This document shows positions 50,298-60,004 of a stretch of 64,000 nt of DNA, one piece after another. The DNA lies in the NCBI GenBank assembly GCA_963736005.1, contig CAVTNB010000001.1, forward strand, positions 416,001 through 480,000, written 5' to 3'. The notes beneath the pieces are model-generated. The model did not search any database. It was not told where the DNA came from and was given only the letters and a program-made list of their open reading frames with translations. Position 1 is the first letter of the stretch. Each line of letters opens with the position of its first letter. The DNA is from an uncultured Pseudomonadota bacterium (GTDB taxonomy: Bacteria > Vulcanimicrobiota > Vulcanimicrobiia > Eremiobacterales > Eremiobacteraceae). A program made the translations under genes and the position numbers.

Positions 50298-51902
50298 ATG
50301 GCTTTGCTCGCCAGCGACCTTGAGAGCGCAGGTTTTGAATCCTACGGGTTTGGCTTGGTCCGTAAGGCCACGCACAATCTCACGACCGCACCCCTCTTTG
50401 AGGAAGCGATCAAGCGCGGAGAGGGCCTCGCGGCGGTGGCGGGACCTCTCGTCGTGCGAACCGGCAAACACACCGGCCGCTCGCCCAACGACAAGTTTTT
50501 CGTCCGCGAGCCTGGCAGCGAAGCTCGTATCGATTGGGGTAAGACGAACAAGCCCTTCGACCGCACCAAATTCAATGCGCTCCTCGCAAGGGTCGACCAG
50601 TATTTGCGCGACAAGGAAGTTTACGTTCTGGATGCATTTGCCGGAGCAGATCCCAACTATCGGCTTCCGGTGCGCGTGGTCACCGAGCTTGCCTGGCACA
50701 ACCTTTTCGCTCGGAATCTCTTTATTCCAGCGACTGCTCAGGGACTCCAAGGTTTCGAGCCGGAGTTTGCGGTGGTCGACGCTTGCAATTTCCTCGCCGT
50801 TCCCGAACGCGATGGCACGCGTTCGGAAACGTTTATTATTGTCGATTTTGCGCGTCATCTCGTGCTCATCGGGGGAACCACGTACGCAGGCGAGATCAAG
50901 AAGTCGGTCTTCACGATCATGAACTACTTGCTCCCCCTGCGAAACGTCATGCCCATGCATTGCTCGGCCAACGTCGGTGCCGCCGGCGATGTTGCGATCT
51001 TTTTCGGTCTTTCGGGCACGGGTAAAACGACGCTTTCCGCGGATCCAAACCGGGCGCTCATCGGCGACGACGAGCATGGCTGGAGCGACGCGGGCGTGTT
51101 CAACTTCGAAGGCGGCTGCTACGCGAAGGCCATTCATCTTTCAGCCGAACTCGAGCCGCAGATCTATCCAACCACCCGCACGTTTGGCACGGTGCTTGAA
51201 AACGTGGTCATCGACCCTGTGACTCGCGAACTTGACCTGGACGATGCTTCGCTGACGGAAAACACGCGCGCCGCGTATCCGCTGACCTCGGTGCCGAACG
51301 TGGCGCCTGGCGGGGTAGCGGGCCACCCGCAGAATATCGTCATGCTAACGGCTGACGCGTTCGGGGTGATGCCGCCGATCGCTCGCATGACTCCGGCGCA
51401 AGCCATGTATCACTTTCTCTCCGGCTATACGGCCAAAGTGGCCGGCACAGAAAAGGGCGTCACCGAACCGCAAACGACCTTCTCCCACTGCTTTGGTGCG
51501 CCGTTTATGGTCCATGAGCCCACCGTCTACGCGCATATGCTGGGCGAGCGCATCGCCAAGCACAACGTGCGCTGCTGGCTCGTGAATACCGGTTGGAGCG
51601 GAGGACCGGTTGGCGTTGGCAAGCGCATGAAGCTGCCATACACGCGCGCCATGGTGAATGCGGCGCTGAGCGGCAAACTCGATCATGCGACCTTCGTGCC
51701 ACATCCGGTATTCAAGGTCGGCGTTCCAACCGAAGTCCCCGGGGTGCCCAAGGAAGTTTTGGATGCGCGTTCCACGTGGCCCGATGCGGCTGCCTACGAT
51801 GCCAAAGCCAAGGAACTTGCCCGCAAATTTGCGGAAAACTTCGAGCGCTTCGCCGCCACCGCGTCGCCCGAAGTGCTCGCCGCCGCCCCCAATATCGACT
51901 AA
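50298..51902 (+). CDS. pckA: Phosphoenolpyruvate carboxykinase (ATP)
   Basis: TGRSPNDKF, GLSGTGKTTLS, LIGDDEHGW, NFEGGCYAK, TENTRAAYP. Confidence 0.97.
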   Translation: MALLASDLESAGFESYGFGLVRKATHNLTTAPLFEEAIKRGEGLAAVAGPLVVRTGKHTGRSPNDKFFVREPGSEARIDWGKTNKPFDRTKFNALLARVDQYLRDKEVYVLDAFAGADPNYRLPVRVVTELAWHNLFARNLFIPATAQGLQGFEPEFAVVDACNFLAVPERDGTRSETFIIVDFARHLVLIGGTTYAGEIKKSVFTIMNYLLPLRNVMPMHCSANVGAAGDVAIFFGLSGTGKTTLSADPNRALIGDDEHGWSDAGVFNFEGGCYAKAIHLSAELEPQIYPTTRTFGTVLENVVIDPVTRELDLDDASLTENTRAAYPLTSVPNVAPGGVAGHPQNIVMLTADAFGVMPPIARMTPAQAMYHFLSGYTAKVAGTEKGVTEPQTTFSHCFGAPFMVHEPTVYAHMLGERIAKHNVRCWLVNTGWSGGPVGVGKRMKLPYTRAMVNAALSGKLDHATFVPHPVFKVGVPTEVPGVPKEVLDARSTWPDAAAYDAKAKELARKFAENFERFAATASPEVLAAAPNID

Positions 51903-51913
51903 CCCGGACTTGG

Positions 51914-51992
51914 TCCGCTCCTCTTTGCATGTAGCAGCGGACCTTTCGTTCCGCTCCTCTCGGCATGTAGCAGCGGACCTTTAGGTCCGCTC
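51914..51992 (+). repeat. 36-bp tandem repeat carrying REP-like hairpin class D
   Basis: GTAGCAGCGGACCTTT(C/A)G(T/G)TCCGC at 51931 and 51967, plus a partial copy before. Confidence 0.8.
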
Positions 51993-52031
51993 TCGCTGGA
52001 GTCAGAGCCACGTTCACCGAACACAAGCAGT

Positions 52032-52721
52032 GTGGATCTCGTTATCGTCGGCGGACCGCATTCCGGTGTGGGCAAGACGCTCGCGTCTGAAGTGGCGATT
52101 CGTGTGCTGAGTTCGCGCCGAGTAGGCGCCATCAAACTCACCGTTGCGGACGGGGAGCGAGATCCTCACGATCATGGGGCATCCGCACTTGCAGTCGCCG
52201 ACGCAGCCGGGATCTGCGGCCGGGGGGCATCGTGCGGCGTTTGCGAGACAGTTTCGACCCGAATCCCTAGCCGTCTCATTACGAGCCGCCGCGCCATTCG
52301 CAAATCCGGCACCGACACATGCCGGCTCTCCGAGGCCGGGGCAATAGCGGTAGCATGGGTAATAGCGCTACGGAGCGGCGCTCCGCAATCCATAGAAGCT
52401 GCGCTTGCGTTTCTGCGCGACGCGGGCGCCCAGATGACGCTGATCGAGGGAACCACGGCGCTCGAGTGGCTCACCCCAAAAGCTTCTATCATGGTAGCGA
52501 CTGACCCGGGGAAAAAATGGAAAGCCGTCGCGCTAGAGTCCGTAGGTTCGTGCGACATCGTCTTGCGCAATCACGTGCCCGTGCCTTCTGGCGACCTGCC
52601 AGCACCAGTTGAGTTTGCGCTCGCCGAACCGATCGATTGCGACTTAGGCAATCCTGCCGATCCCGGCGTCAAAGCATACGTGCATCGATTACAGGCGCTG
52701 GTTGGCCCGGAGCGGACCTAA
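52032..52721 (+). CDS. P-loop protein, MobB-like, with Cys-rich insert
   Basis: GGPHSGVGKT, GAIK, DT.RL..AGA, LIEG. Confidence 0.6.
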   Translation: MDLVIVGGPHSGVGKTLASEVAIRVLSSRRVGAIKLTVADGERDPHDHGASALAVADAAGICGRGASCGVCETVSTRIPSRLITSRRAIRKSGTDTCRLSEAGAIAVAWVIALRSGAPQSIEAALAFLRDAGAQMTLIEGTTALEWLTPKASIMVATDPGKKWKAVALESVGSCDIVLRNHVPVPSGDLPAPVEFALAEPIDCDLGNPADPGVKAYVHRLQALVGPERT

Positions 52722-52737
52722 GGATCCGTTGCGAGAT

Positions 52738-52753
52738 GGGGCGATTTTCCAAT
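52738..52753 (-). repeat. Truncated class A REP-like element
   Basis: GGGGCGATTTTCCAAT on plus strand, second arm lost. Confidence 0.6.
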
Positions 52754-52763
52754 GGTGTGTTCT

Positions 52764-53765
52764 TTAGCGCAGAGTGGCGAGGCTACGACGGGGTGCGCGT
52801 GGGGCATTGACGGCATGGAGCGGAGGCTCGCCGCGCGCATACTTTTCCAAGTTTCGCGCGACCTCGCGCGCTATGCCCTCATACGAAAGGTCCGTCACGC
52901 CTGCGATGTGCGGCGTGACGATGACGTTGTGTCTCAACAGAGAGCTCGTCGGGTCGATCGGCTCGTCGGCAACCACATCCAACCCAGCTCCAGCAAGATG
53001 CCCGGCGGTAAGTGCTGCCTCGAGTGCGGACGTGTCGACGAGACCGCCACGAGCCACATTGATCAGGAATGCACCTCGTTTCATCGCCCGCAACGCACTG
53101 CTGTCGATGAGGTTTCGATTCGAGGCATCCATCGTCGCACACACGATGACAAAATCCGAGTCTGTCAGCGCTGCATGAAGCTGCCCTGAACCGAAGATTT
53201 TCATCCCGACGCCAGCCGGCGCACCCAGGAGCGCCCGAGCTCGGACGCCATGAAGCCTCATGTCGAAGGCCTGCAGTCTCCGTGCGAGAGCCGAACCAAC
53301 ACCCCCTAGACCAATGATGCACGCCGTCTTTCGCGCAAGAGCGCTCCCTGGGGGATCGCCGACGATGCGCTGAGCAAGAGAGCCTTCGAGTTCGGACAGT
53401 CTGCGCGCTAGCGCCAGCATCATTAAAATAGCGTGCTCCGCCACTGACTCGGCGTTGCCGGTTTGTGCGCTGGCGACGCGCGCAACCCACACGCCTCGAT
53501 CGGTGGCCGCCTCAATGTCGACACTTTCTAAACCGACGCCAAACTGCTGGATGAGCCCGAAGGAACCGCGCTCGATGACGGTACGGTTGATCTGGGCCCC
53601 GTACGGTACCACAACGTCAACGCCGGCGAGCGACGACAGCACATCGTCCTTCGCGCACGTCAACAATTCGTGCGCGGGAGCGACGGTGGCCAAGCGGCGC
53701 CGGCTTTCCGAATAGCCCGTCTCGCAAAAAAGAATTCTCAATAGTGCATCACGTTCGACTCTCAC
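52764..53765 (-). CDS. D-isomer-specific 2-hydroxyacid dehydrogenase
   Basis: GVGLESVD, SVAEHA, GLGGVG, NVARGGLVD, GLDV..EP, TPHIAG. Confidence 0.9.
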   Translation of the reverse strand: MRVERDALLRILFCETGYSESRRRLATVAPAHELLTCAKDDVLSSLAGVDVVVPYGAQINRTVIERGSFGLIQQFGVGLESVDIEAATDRGVWVARVASAQTGNAESVAEHAILMMLALARRLSELEGSLAQRIVGDPPGSALARKTACIIGLGGVGSALARRLQAFDMRLHGVRARALLGAPAGVGMKIFGSGQLHAALTDSDFVIVCATMDASNRNLIDSSALRAMKRGAFLINVARGGLVDTSALEAALTAGHLAGAGLDVVADEPIDPTSSLLRHNVIVTPHIAGVTDLSYEGIAREVARNLEKYARGEPPLHAVNAPRAPRRSLATLR

Positions 53766-53826
53766 CCGAGCGCGAGCGACCTAAGGGTCGCCGGTTAGAA
53801 GGTCTTGTGCGCGCCGCGCCTCGTGC

Positions 53827-54180
53827 TTACTGAAGAAGTTCCAGTTGAGCAAGCGGGGCCGCGTCGCCTTTGCGAATTCGGGTGCGCACGACTCGCGTGT
53901 ACCCGCCATTGCGGCCAGCCAAACTGGGTGCGATGACATCGAAGAGCTTTTTCACTACGTCATCCGAGTTCAAGTACGCCGCAACGAGGCGCCGGCTGTG
54001 CAAGTCTCCCTTTTTTGCTCGCGTGATCATCCGAGCTGCAGTCCGCGAGACTTCCTTTGCGCGCGTCGCCGTTGTCTCGATCGTGCCGTGGGTAAAGAGC
54101 GCAGTCGTCAGATTGCGCAGCATGGCGCGCCGGTGGTCATCGTTGCGGCCGAGACGTTTATCGGCTTTTCCATGGCGCAT
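53827..54180 (-). CDS. rplQ: 50S ribosomal protein L17
   Basis: MRHGKADKRLGR...RNGGYTR. Confidence 0.97.
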   Translation of the reverse strand: MRHGKADKRLGRNDDHRRAMLRNLTTALFTHGTIETTATRAKEVSRTAARMITRAKKGDLHSRRLVAAYLNSDDVVKKLFDVIAPSLAGRNGGYTRVVRTRIRKGDAAPLAQLELLQ

Positions 54181-54184
54181 TGCG

Positions 54185-55120
54185 TTAGGAACCTCGCAGC
54201 GACAGGTTTCGCTCGGCAAGCTTTTCCTTGATCTCATCGACCGACTTCTTGCCAAGGTTGCGCATGTTCATGATCTCGTCTTCGGTCTTCTGCAAGAGCT
54301 CGGAGATCTTCGTGATTCCCGCGCGCTTGAGGCAGTTGTAGGACCGGACGGAGAGGTCGAGTTCGTCAACCGGGATATCCCAGTTCGCGAATGGCTTAGC
54401 CTCTTCCACGGGAGCTTCAACTTCCGTGCGTCCGCTAAAGTTCACGAGCAACGTCAACTGATCCGCGAGGATCTTGGCGGCCGTACTCAGTGCTTCGTCA
54501 GGCGTGATGCTGCCATTCGTCTCGAGCTCGATGATGAGCCGGTCGTAATCCGTCGTCTGGCCGACGCGCGTGTCCTCGATATGATACGAGACTTTGCGGA
54601 TGGGCGAAAAGATCGAATCGACCGGGATCAAGCCGATAATGTGCTCGACGTTGCGTTGCTTCTCCGCGGTCACGTAGCCGCGCCATTTCTCGACGCCGAT
54701 CTCCATGTACAGTCGCGCCTTCTTGTCCGAAAGCGTCGCGATATGATAATTGGGATCCAAGAGCTCGACGTCCGCATCTGGAACGATGTCCTGTGCCGTT
54801 ACTTCGCGCTCGCCAGAAGCTTCGATGCGAAGTACTTTGGGCTCATCGGTCGCCAAGCGCAACGGCAAGCCCTTGAGGTTGAGAATGATATTCGTGACAT
54901 CCTCAACGACGCCAGGGATCGTTGCGAACTCGTGCAGTACACCGTCGATCTTGACATACGTCACGGCTGCGCCTGGGAGCGATGAGAGCAGCATGCGCCG
55001 AAGCGCATTGCCCAAGGTGATGCCGAAGCCGCGCTCGAGCGGCTCGATCACAAAGGTCGCGCTGCTGTCGCGCCGCTCGCGCACTTCAATTGAGGCTCTT
55101 TGAAATTCCAGAACTGACAT
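54185..55120 (-). CDS. rpoA: RNA polymerase alpha subunit
   Basis: [30 protein letters not shown]. Confidence 0.98.
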   Translation of the reverse strand: MSVLEFQRASIEVRERRDSSATFVIEPLERGFGITLGNALRRMLLSSLPGAAVTYVKIDGVLHEFATIPGVVEDVTNIILNLKGLPLRLATDEPKVLRIEASGEREVTAQDIVPDADVELLDPNYHIATLSDKKARLYMEIGVEKWRGYVTAEKQRNVEHIIGLIPVDSIFSPIRKVSYHIEDTRVGQTTDYDRLIIELETNGSITPDEALSTAAKILADQLTLLVNFSGRTEVEAPVEEAKPFANWDIPVDELDLSVRSYNCLKRAGITKISELLQKTEDEIMNMRNLGKKSVDEIKEKLAERNLSLRGS

Positions 55121-55194
55121 ACCTACCCCGTGGGAGGCATTCGGCCACCCTGTTGGATTTGTGGCAGCTTGCGGCTGCCCAAGTTGATGAATCA

Positions 55195-55854
55195 TTAGCG
55201 AGAATAATACTCCACGATTAGCTGTTCTTCGACATTAGTGTCGATATCGGCCCGCGTCGGGGCCTGCAAAACCTTCGCCTTATTGCTTTGTTCGTCGTAC
55301 TCTAGCCAGCTCGGCACGCGCCGACCTTTGGCATATTCCAGCAATGCGGCAAAGAGGTTGGACTTCGCGCTTGTCTCGACGATGGCGATTTCGTCGCCGG
55401 GACGGACTTGCATGGACGGTATGTTCACTCGTTTGCCATTGAGGAAAAAATGCCGATGCCGAACGAGCTGGCGTGCCTGGGCACGAGATGTTGCCAAATT
55501 AAGCCGGTAGATGACGTTGTCAAGGCGCATCTCGAGCAGCGCGAGCAGCGCGGTGCCCGTCTGCCCTTTGCGCGCGGTTGCCTTTTTGAAGTAGTTTTCG
55601 AACTGCTTCTCAAGAACGCCATAAATCCGGCGCATTTTTTGCTTCTCGCGAAGCTGGCGCCCGAACTCCGACACCTTTGGCCGGTTCTTCGTGTTGGCTT
55701 TTTGACCAGGCGCCGCAGTGCGCCGCTCGACCGCGCACTTTTTGGACAAGCAGCGCTCGCCTTTGAGGAAAAGCTTGACCTTCTCGCCAGGCTTTGCACC
55801 GCTCGCGCTTTCGCGGCGGCACATCCGGCAAACGGGTCCAGTGTATCGGGCCAT
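55195..55854 (-). CDS. rpsD: 30S ribosomal protein S4
   Basis: [35 protein letters not shown]. Confidence 0.97.
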   Translation of the reverse strand: MARYTGPVCRMCRRESASGAKPGEKVKLFLKGERCLSKKCAVERRTAAPGQKANTKNRPKVSEFGRQLREKQKMRRIYGVLEKQFENYFKKATARKGQTGTALLALLEMRLDNVIYRLNLATSRAQARQLVRHRHFFLNGKRVNIPSMQVRPGDEIAIVETSAKSNLFAALLEYAKGRRVPSWLEYDEQSNKAKVLQAPTRADIDTNVEEQLIVEYYSR

Positions 55855-55874
55855 TGTTCTTGTAATTCTCCCCT

Positions 55875-56270
55875 TTAGACGCGGCGCCGCTTGGGCGGCC
55901 GGCAACCGTTATGTGGAATCGGTGTGACATCTTTGATGAGCGTAATTTCAAGGCCAGCCGCCTGCAGCGCTCGGATTGCCGCTTCGCGACCAGCTCCCGG
56001 TCCCTTCACATACACTTCGACTTGCTTCATCCCATGTTCCATGGATTTGCGCGCGGCGCTTTCGGCCGCCATCTGGGCAGCAAACGGCGTCGACTTCTTG
56101 CTTCCCTTGAAGCCCATACCGCCTGCGCTCGCCCAGGCGATGGCGCCGCCGGTCGTGTCGCTGATGGAGACGAGCGTGTTGTTGAAGCTCGAGTGAATGT
56201 GTGCGATGCCTTGCGAGACATGTTTGGCTTCGCGCTTCTTCCGGGATCGAGCTTTCTTTGCTACTGGCAT
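55875..56270 (-). CDS. rpsK: 30S ribosomal protein S11
   Basis: [27 protein letters not shown]. Confidence 0.98.
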   Translation of the reverse strand: MPVAKKARSRKKREAKHVSQGIAHIHSSFNNTLVSISDTTGGAIAWASAGGMGFKGSKKSTPFAAQMAAESAARKSMEHGMKQVEVYVKGPGAGREAAIRALQAAGLEITLIKDVTPIPHNGCRPPKRRRV

Positions 56271-56285
56271 TCTTGATTCCTCAAT

Positions 56286-56364
56286 GGGGCGATTTTCCAA
56301 TCGCCCCCTACTTGGGCGACTTGACAGTCGCCCGCTACACGCGCGAATAAATTCGCGCGACTAC
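56286..56364 (-). repeat. Three different GTAG REP-like hairpins in tandem between rpsM and rpsK
   Basis: B GTAGTCGCGCGAATTTATTCGCGCG (56340-56364), C GTAGCGGGCGACTGTCAAGTCGCCC (56314-56338), A GTAGGGGGCGATTGGAAAATCGCCCC (56286-56311). Confidence 0.88.
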
Positions 56365-56366
56365 AT

Positions 56367-56759
56367 TTACTTACCAATGCCGGGACCCTTGGCTTTCTTG
56401 CGCCCGGCAACTGTCTTCTTTGGCCCCTTGCGGGTGCGCGCATTGGTCTTGGTTCGCTGTCCACGCACCGGCAAGCCGCGGCGGTGCCGCAAGCCGCGAT
56501 AGCAGCCGATGTCCATCAACCGCTTGATCGCGCTCGAGATCTCTCGACGCAGGTCACCCTCGACCTTCAAATTCCTTTCGATCTGCTCGCGTAACTTCTG
56601 GATGTCCTCATCCTTAAGATCCTTCACGCGCGTGTCCGGGTTGACTTTCGTGGCAGCCAACAGCTTGTTTGCCGTAGGCCGTCCAATACCGAAGATGTAC
56701 GTCAGCGCCACTTCCACACGCTTGTCGCGCGGTAGATCGATTCCGGCTATCCGGGCCAT
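56367..56759 (-). CDS. rpsM: 30S ribosomal protein S13
   Basis: [28 protein letters not shown]. Confidence 0.98.
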   Translation of the reverse strand: MARIAGIDLPRDKRVEVALTYIFGIGRPTANKLLAATKVNPDTRVKDLKDEDIQKLREQIERNLKVEGDLRREISSAIKRLMDIGCYRGLRHRRGLPVRGQRTKTNARTRKGPKKTVAGRKKAKGPGIGK

Positions 56760-56773
56760 TCATTTCTCCTTTT

Positions 56774-56798
56774 GGGCGATTTGACAGTCGCCCGTTAC
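56774..56798 (-). repeat. Class C REP-like hairpin between rpmJ and rpsM
   Basis: GTAACGGGCGACTGTCAAATCGCCC, 2 differences from the 56314 copy. Confidence 0.8.
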
Positions 56799-56799
56799 A

Positions 56800-56913
56800 C
56801 TAACCTTGCGCTTGCTTGTGTTTTGGGTTCTCGCAGATCACTCGCGTGCGGCCAGCACGCTTGATGATCTTGCATTTTGCGCAAATTTTCTTGACACTGG
56901 GTCGAACCTTCAT
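56800..56913 (-). CDS. rpmJ: 50S ribosomal protein L36
   Basis: Manual translation [37 protein letters not shown]. Confidence 0.97.
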   Translation of the reverse strand: MKVRPSVKKICAKCKIIKRAGRTRVICENPKHKQAQG

Positions 56914-56930
56914 TGTTTGGTTTCGTTTCC

Positions 56931-57227
56931 TTATTTATAGCGATACGTGATCCGGCCTTGCGTGAGGTCGTAAGGCGAGAGCTCCACGAGCACCCGATCG
57001 CCCGGCAGAATCCTGATAAAATTCATCCGAATCTTGCCCGAGACGCGCGCCAGCACCTTATGGCCGTTGCTCAGCTCGACGCGGAAGAAGGCGTTGGGCA
57101 AGGGCTCGACGACGGTCCCCTCGACCTCGATTGCCTCTTCCTTGGTGGACCCTATTTGTTCGACACGATCGGTTTTTTTCTTTTTATCCGACCGCTGCCG
57201 TCCGTTGCGACGTCTGCGTGGCGCCAA
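56931..57227 (-). CDS. infA: Translation initiation factor IF-1 with N-terminal basic extension
   Basis: [18 protein letters not shown]...[17 protein letters not shown]. Confidence 0.95.
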   Translation of the reverse strand: MAPRRRRNGRQRSDKKKKTDRVEQIGSTKEEAIEVEGTVVEPLPNAFFRVELSNGHKVLARVSGKIRMNFIRILPGDRVLVELSPYDLTQGRITYRYK

Positions 57228-58029
57228 GCTTGCCTCCTCTCATGTCCTGCGAGTCTGGAATCACGTTGCGCAACGGTTCTTCGTTGGTCAGCGTGAGAAT
57301 CTCAAAGCCGTCGTCTGTGACGGCAACCGTGTGCTCGAAGTGCGCCGAAAGCTTTCCGTCGCCCGTCACCACGGTCCAGCGGTCCTCGAGCGTCTTGACT
57401 CGCCAGGTACCGGCATTCACCATGGGTTCCACCGCAAGAACCATGCCGGGCTTCAACACGACACCCATCCCTGGACGGCCGTAATTGGGCACAGGCGGGT
57501 CCTCGTGCAGGGCCAATCCGATGCCGTGTCCCACAAGGGCACGAACGACCGAATAGCCGCGGCCTTCAACGAACGCTTGCACCGCGTGGCCAATGTCAGA
57601 GACGTGCACGCCAGGCTTCGTATGCTGGATCGCAAGCGTAAGCGCTTCCTGCGTCACGCTGACCAGCCGCTGCGCTTCCTGGCTGACCTGCCCCACGCCA
57701 ACGGTCGCCGCCATGTCGGAAAACCAGCCATCAACGAGCGAACCAATATCGATCTTGAAAAGATCCCCTTCGCGAAGCACGCGTTTGCTCGGGATGCCGT
57801 GGACGATCTCATCGTTGAGCGACGTGCAGATCGAACCTGTGAAGCCGTGATAGCCAAGAAATGCTGGCGTTCCGCCTTGCGCCCGGATCAACTCGTCGGC
57901 ATACGCGTTGACGTCTTGGGTCGTGACCCCTGGGCGAACGGCCGCCTTGAGCTTTTCGAGCACCCGCGCTGTCACGCGTCCACTCCGCCGCATTTTCTCG
58001 ATTTCTCGTGCGCTCTTGCAGGTAATCAT
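57184..58029 (-). CDS. map: Methionine aminopeptidase type I
   Basis: [33 protein letters not shown]. Confidence 0.96.
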   Translation of the reverse strand: MITCKSAREIEKMRRSGRVTARVLEKLKAAVRPGVTTQDVNAYADELIRAQGGTPAFLGYHGFTGSICTSLNDEIVHGIPSKRVLREGDLFKIDIGSLVDGWFSDMAATVGVGQVSQEAQRLVSVTQEALTLAIQHTKPGVHVSDIGHAVQAFVEGRGYSVVRALVGHGIGLALHEDPPVPNYGRPGMGVVLKPGMVLAVEPMVNAGTWRVKTLEDRWTVVTGDGKLSAHFEHTVAVTDDGFEILTLTNEEPLRNVIPDSQDMRGGKLGATQTSQRTAAVG

Positions 58030-58703
58030 GCGGTGTGGCTCACTGGCGCTTCGAGCGCGTTGATGATGCGATGAAACACCGAGTTCACGTCACCGTTGCC
58101 GTCGATTACCTTGAGTACGCCCGCAGCACGATAATATTCGGTCAGCGGTGCCGTCTTGCGCTGGTACTCGTCGAGGCGCTTCAGCACGGTCGCTTCGTCA
58201 TCGTCTGGACGCTGGATCAACGGACCACCACAGCGATCGCACACGCCCGGCAACCGGCTGGGGGCCGATTCCAAATGGTACGTGGTTTGGCAGACGGCAC
58301 AGAGGCGGCGACCGGTCAACCGCCTGACCACCTCGGTCGGCTCCACGGTGATCTCGATAACGGCATCTAGATGAAGGTCATTGCGATGAACCAGCGCATC
58401 GAGCGCGGTGGCTTGCTGCGCGGTCCTTGGGAATCCGTCGAGAATGAAGCCCTTCTGCGCGTCATTGGCTCGCAGGCGTTCTTCGACCAGGCCGATCGTG
58501 ACGTCGTCAGGCACAAGCTTGCCGGCATCCATGTACGTTTTCGCTGCGATCCCCATCGGGGTTCGCTCTCTCACAGCGTTTCGGAAAATCTCGCCCGTAC
58601 CGATCTCAGGTATGCCAAACGCCTGCGAAAGAAGCTGTCCTTGGGTGCCTTTGCCGACGCCCGGGGGACCAAGGAGCACGAGGCGCCATGTTCGTGCGGT
58701 CAT
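58026..58703 (-). CDS. adk: Adenylate kinase (Zn-lid)
   Basis: GPPGVGKGTQ, GFILDGFPRT, CxxC..CxxC lid. Confidence 0.96.
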   Translation of the reverse strand: MTARTWRLVLLGPPGVGKGTQGQLLSQAFGIPEIGTGEIFRNAVRERTPMGIAAKTYMDAGKLVPDDVTIGLVEERLRANDAQKGFILDGFPRTAQQATALDALVHRNDLHLDAVIEITVEPTEVVRRLTGRRLCAVCQTTYHLESAPSRLPGVCDRCGGPLIQRPDDDEATVLKRLDEYQRKTAPLTEYYRAAGVLKVIDGNGDVNSVFHRIINALEAPVSHTA

Positions 58704-59995
58704 TGCTTGATAAACCCTCGATAGTCGCGCATGGCAAGGCGAGCTTCAATCTGCGTCATCGTGTCGAGGGCGACGCCAACGACAATCAGCAGCGACGTGC
58801 TCCCCAGATAGAACGTCGTGATGTGCGTCAGACTCTGGGTCACGTTGGGCAGGATCGCCAAAATACCAAGATAAACTGCCGCCACCGCGGTAATTCGCAC
58901 CAAGATCTTCTGCAAGTAGTCGGTCGTGGGCTTGCCTGGACGGATCCCAGGGATAAAGCCGCCCTGCTTCTTCAGCGATTCCCCGATATCTTGAATCTGC
59001 AACACGACACTGCTATAGAAGAACGTGAACAGCACGACTAAGACAAAGTAGGCGACGTTGTAGAGCACGCTGCCGTAGTTAAAATACAGTGCGATCCACT
59101 GCACGATCGGCTGCATCCAGGGAATGCCTCCCTGCTGAGCCCAGGAAGAAATCTGCTGCGGCAGCAGCAGGATTGAAATTGCAAAGATAATCGAAATGAC
59201 TCCGGCGTTGTTCAGGCGCAGCGGGATGTACGTGCTGCGGCCGCCGTACACTTTGCGGCCAACCACCCGTTTGGCGTATTGAACCGGCACGCGCCGCTGC
59301 CCTTGGTACATGAAGATAATCGAAATAAGCGACAGGACCGCAATCAGCCCAAAGATGACAAGCCCCAAAACGTTGAGGCCACCCTTCTCTCCCAACTGCA
59401 GCGTCTGGCTGAAGTAGGTCGGATATCGCAAGATGATGCCAACGAAGATGATCAAAGAAACTCCATTACCGATTCCTTTGTCGGTAATTTGCTCGCCCAG
59501 CCACATCAACCACACCGTGCCCGCCGTGAGCGTGATCACGACCATGACGAGATAGAACACATCGGTACGCAAGAACACGTGCGCCCGGTTGAGCATGTAG
59601 ACCATGGCGGTGGCCTGCAAGATGGCTAGGATGATCGTCAGCCAGCGCGTATACAACCCGACTATTCGACGGCCTTCCTCGCCGCCATGCTGCATCATCT
59701 CTTTGATATTCGGAAAAACGATGGTCATGAGCTGCATAATAATGCTGGCGTTGATGTACGGCGTGATGCCCATAGCGATCACCGAAAAGTGCTGCAGCGC
59801 GCCGCCTGACAAGAAGCCGATGAAATTCAGAAACTGACCACTCGCCAGAATTCCCTGCCAGGCCGTAATGTCGACGTACGGCACTTGCACGTACACCATG
59901 AGGACGAACACCGCGAACGCACCAAAGATGAACAGCACGCGGTTGCGGATCTCTGGAACCACGAGTGCGTTCGCGAGGTTGCGCCAAATATTCAT
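58700..59995 (-). CDS. secY: Preprotein translocase SecY
   Basis: GITPYINASII, WLGEQITDKGIGNG, PGIRPG, TSLLIVVGV. Confidence 0.98.
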   Translation of the reverse strand: MNIWRNLANALVVPEIRNRVLFIFGAFAVFVLMVYVQVPYVDITAWQGILASGQFLNFIGFLSGGALQHFSVIAMGITPYINASIIMQLMTIVFPNIKEMMQHGGEEGRRIVGLYTRWLTIILAILQATAMVYMLNRAHVFLRTDVFYLVMVVITLTAGTVWLMWLGEQITDKGIGNGVSLIIFVGIILRYPTYFSQTLQLGEKGGLNVLGLVIFGLIAVLSLISIIFMYQGQRRVPVQYAKRVVGRKVYGGRSTYIPLRLNNAGVISIIFAISILLLPQQISSWAQQGGIPWMQPIVQWIALYFNYGSVLYNVAYFVLVVLFTFFYSSVVLQIQDIGESLKKQGGFIPGIRPGKPTTDYLQKILVRITAVAAVYLGILAILPNVTQSLTHITTFYLGSTSLLIVVGVALDTMTQIEARLAMRDYRGFIKQ

Positions 59996-60004
59996 CGAGC
60001 GCGC

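Noticed and set aside
51903..51995. 36-bp repeats as a mini CRISPR array
   Set aside because: Units are directly tandem with no unique spacers, and no cas genes are present; fits a REP tandem
55121..55194. Hairpin GGCAGC-CGCAA-GCTGCC in the rpsD-rpoA spacer as a regulatory RNA
   Set aside because: Single short stem with no recognisable family; cannot be supported without covariation data
56271..56300. Shared MENRPI N-termini on RpsK and the MFS ORF (36898)
   Set aside because: Artefact of a TTG inside the class A repeat; real starts lie downstream
53870..58074. Long plus-strand ORFs (371 aa, 346 aa) opposite rpoA and map
   Set aside because: Typical antisense open frames in high-GC coding DNA, with no motifs
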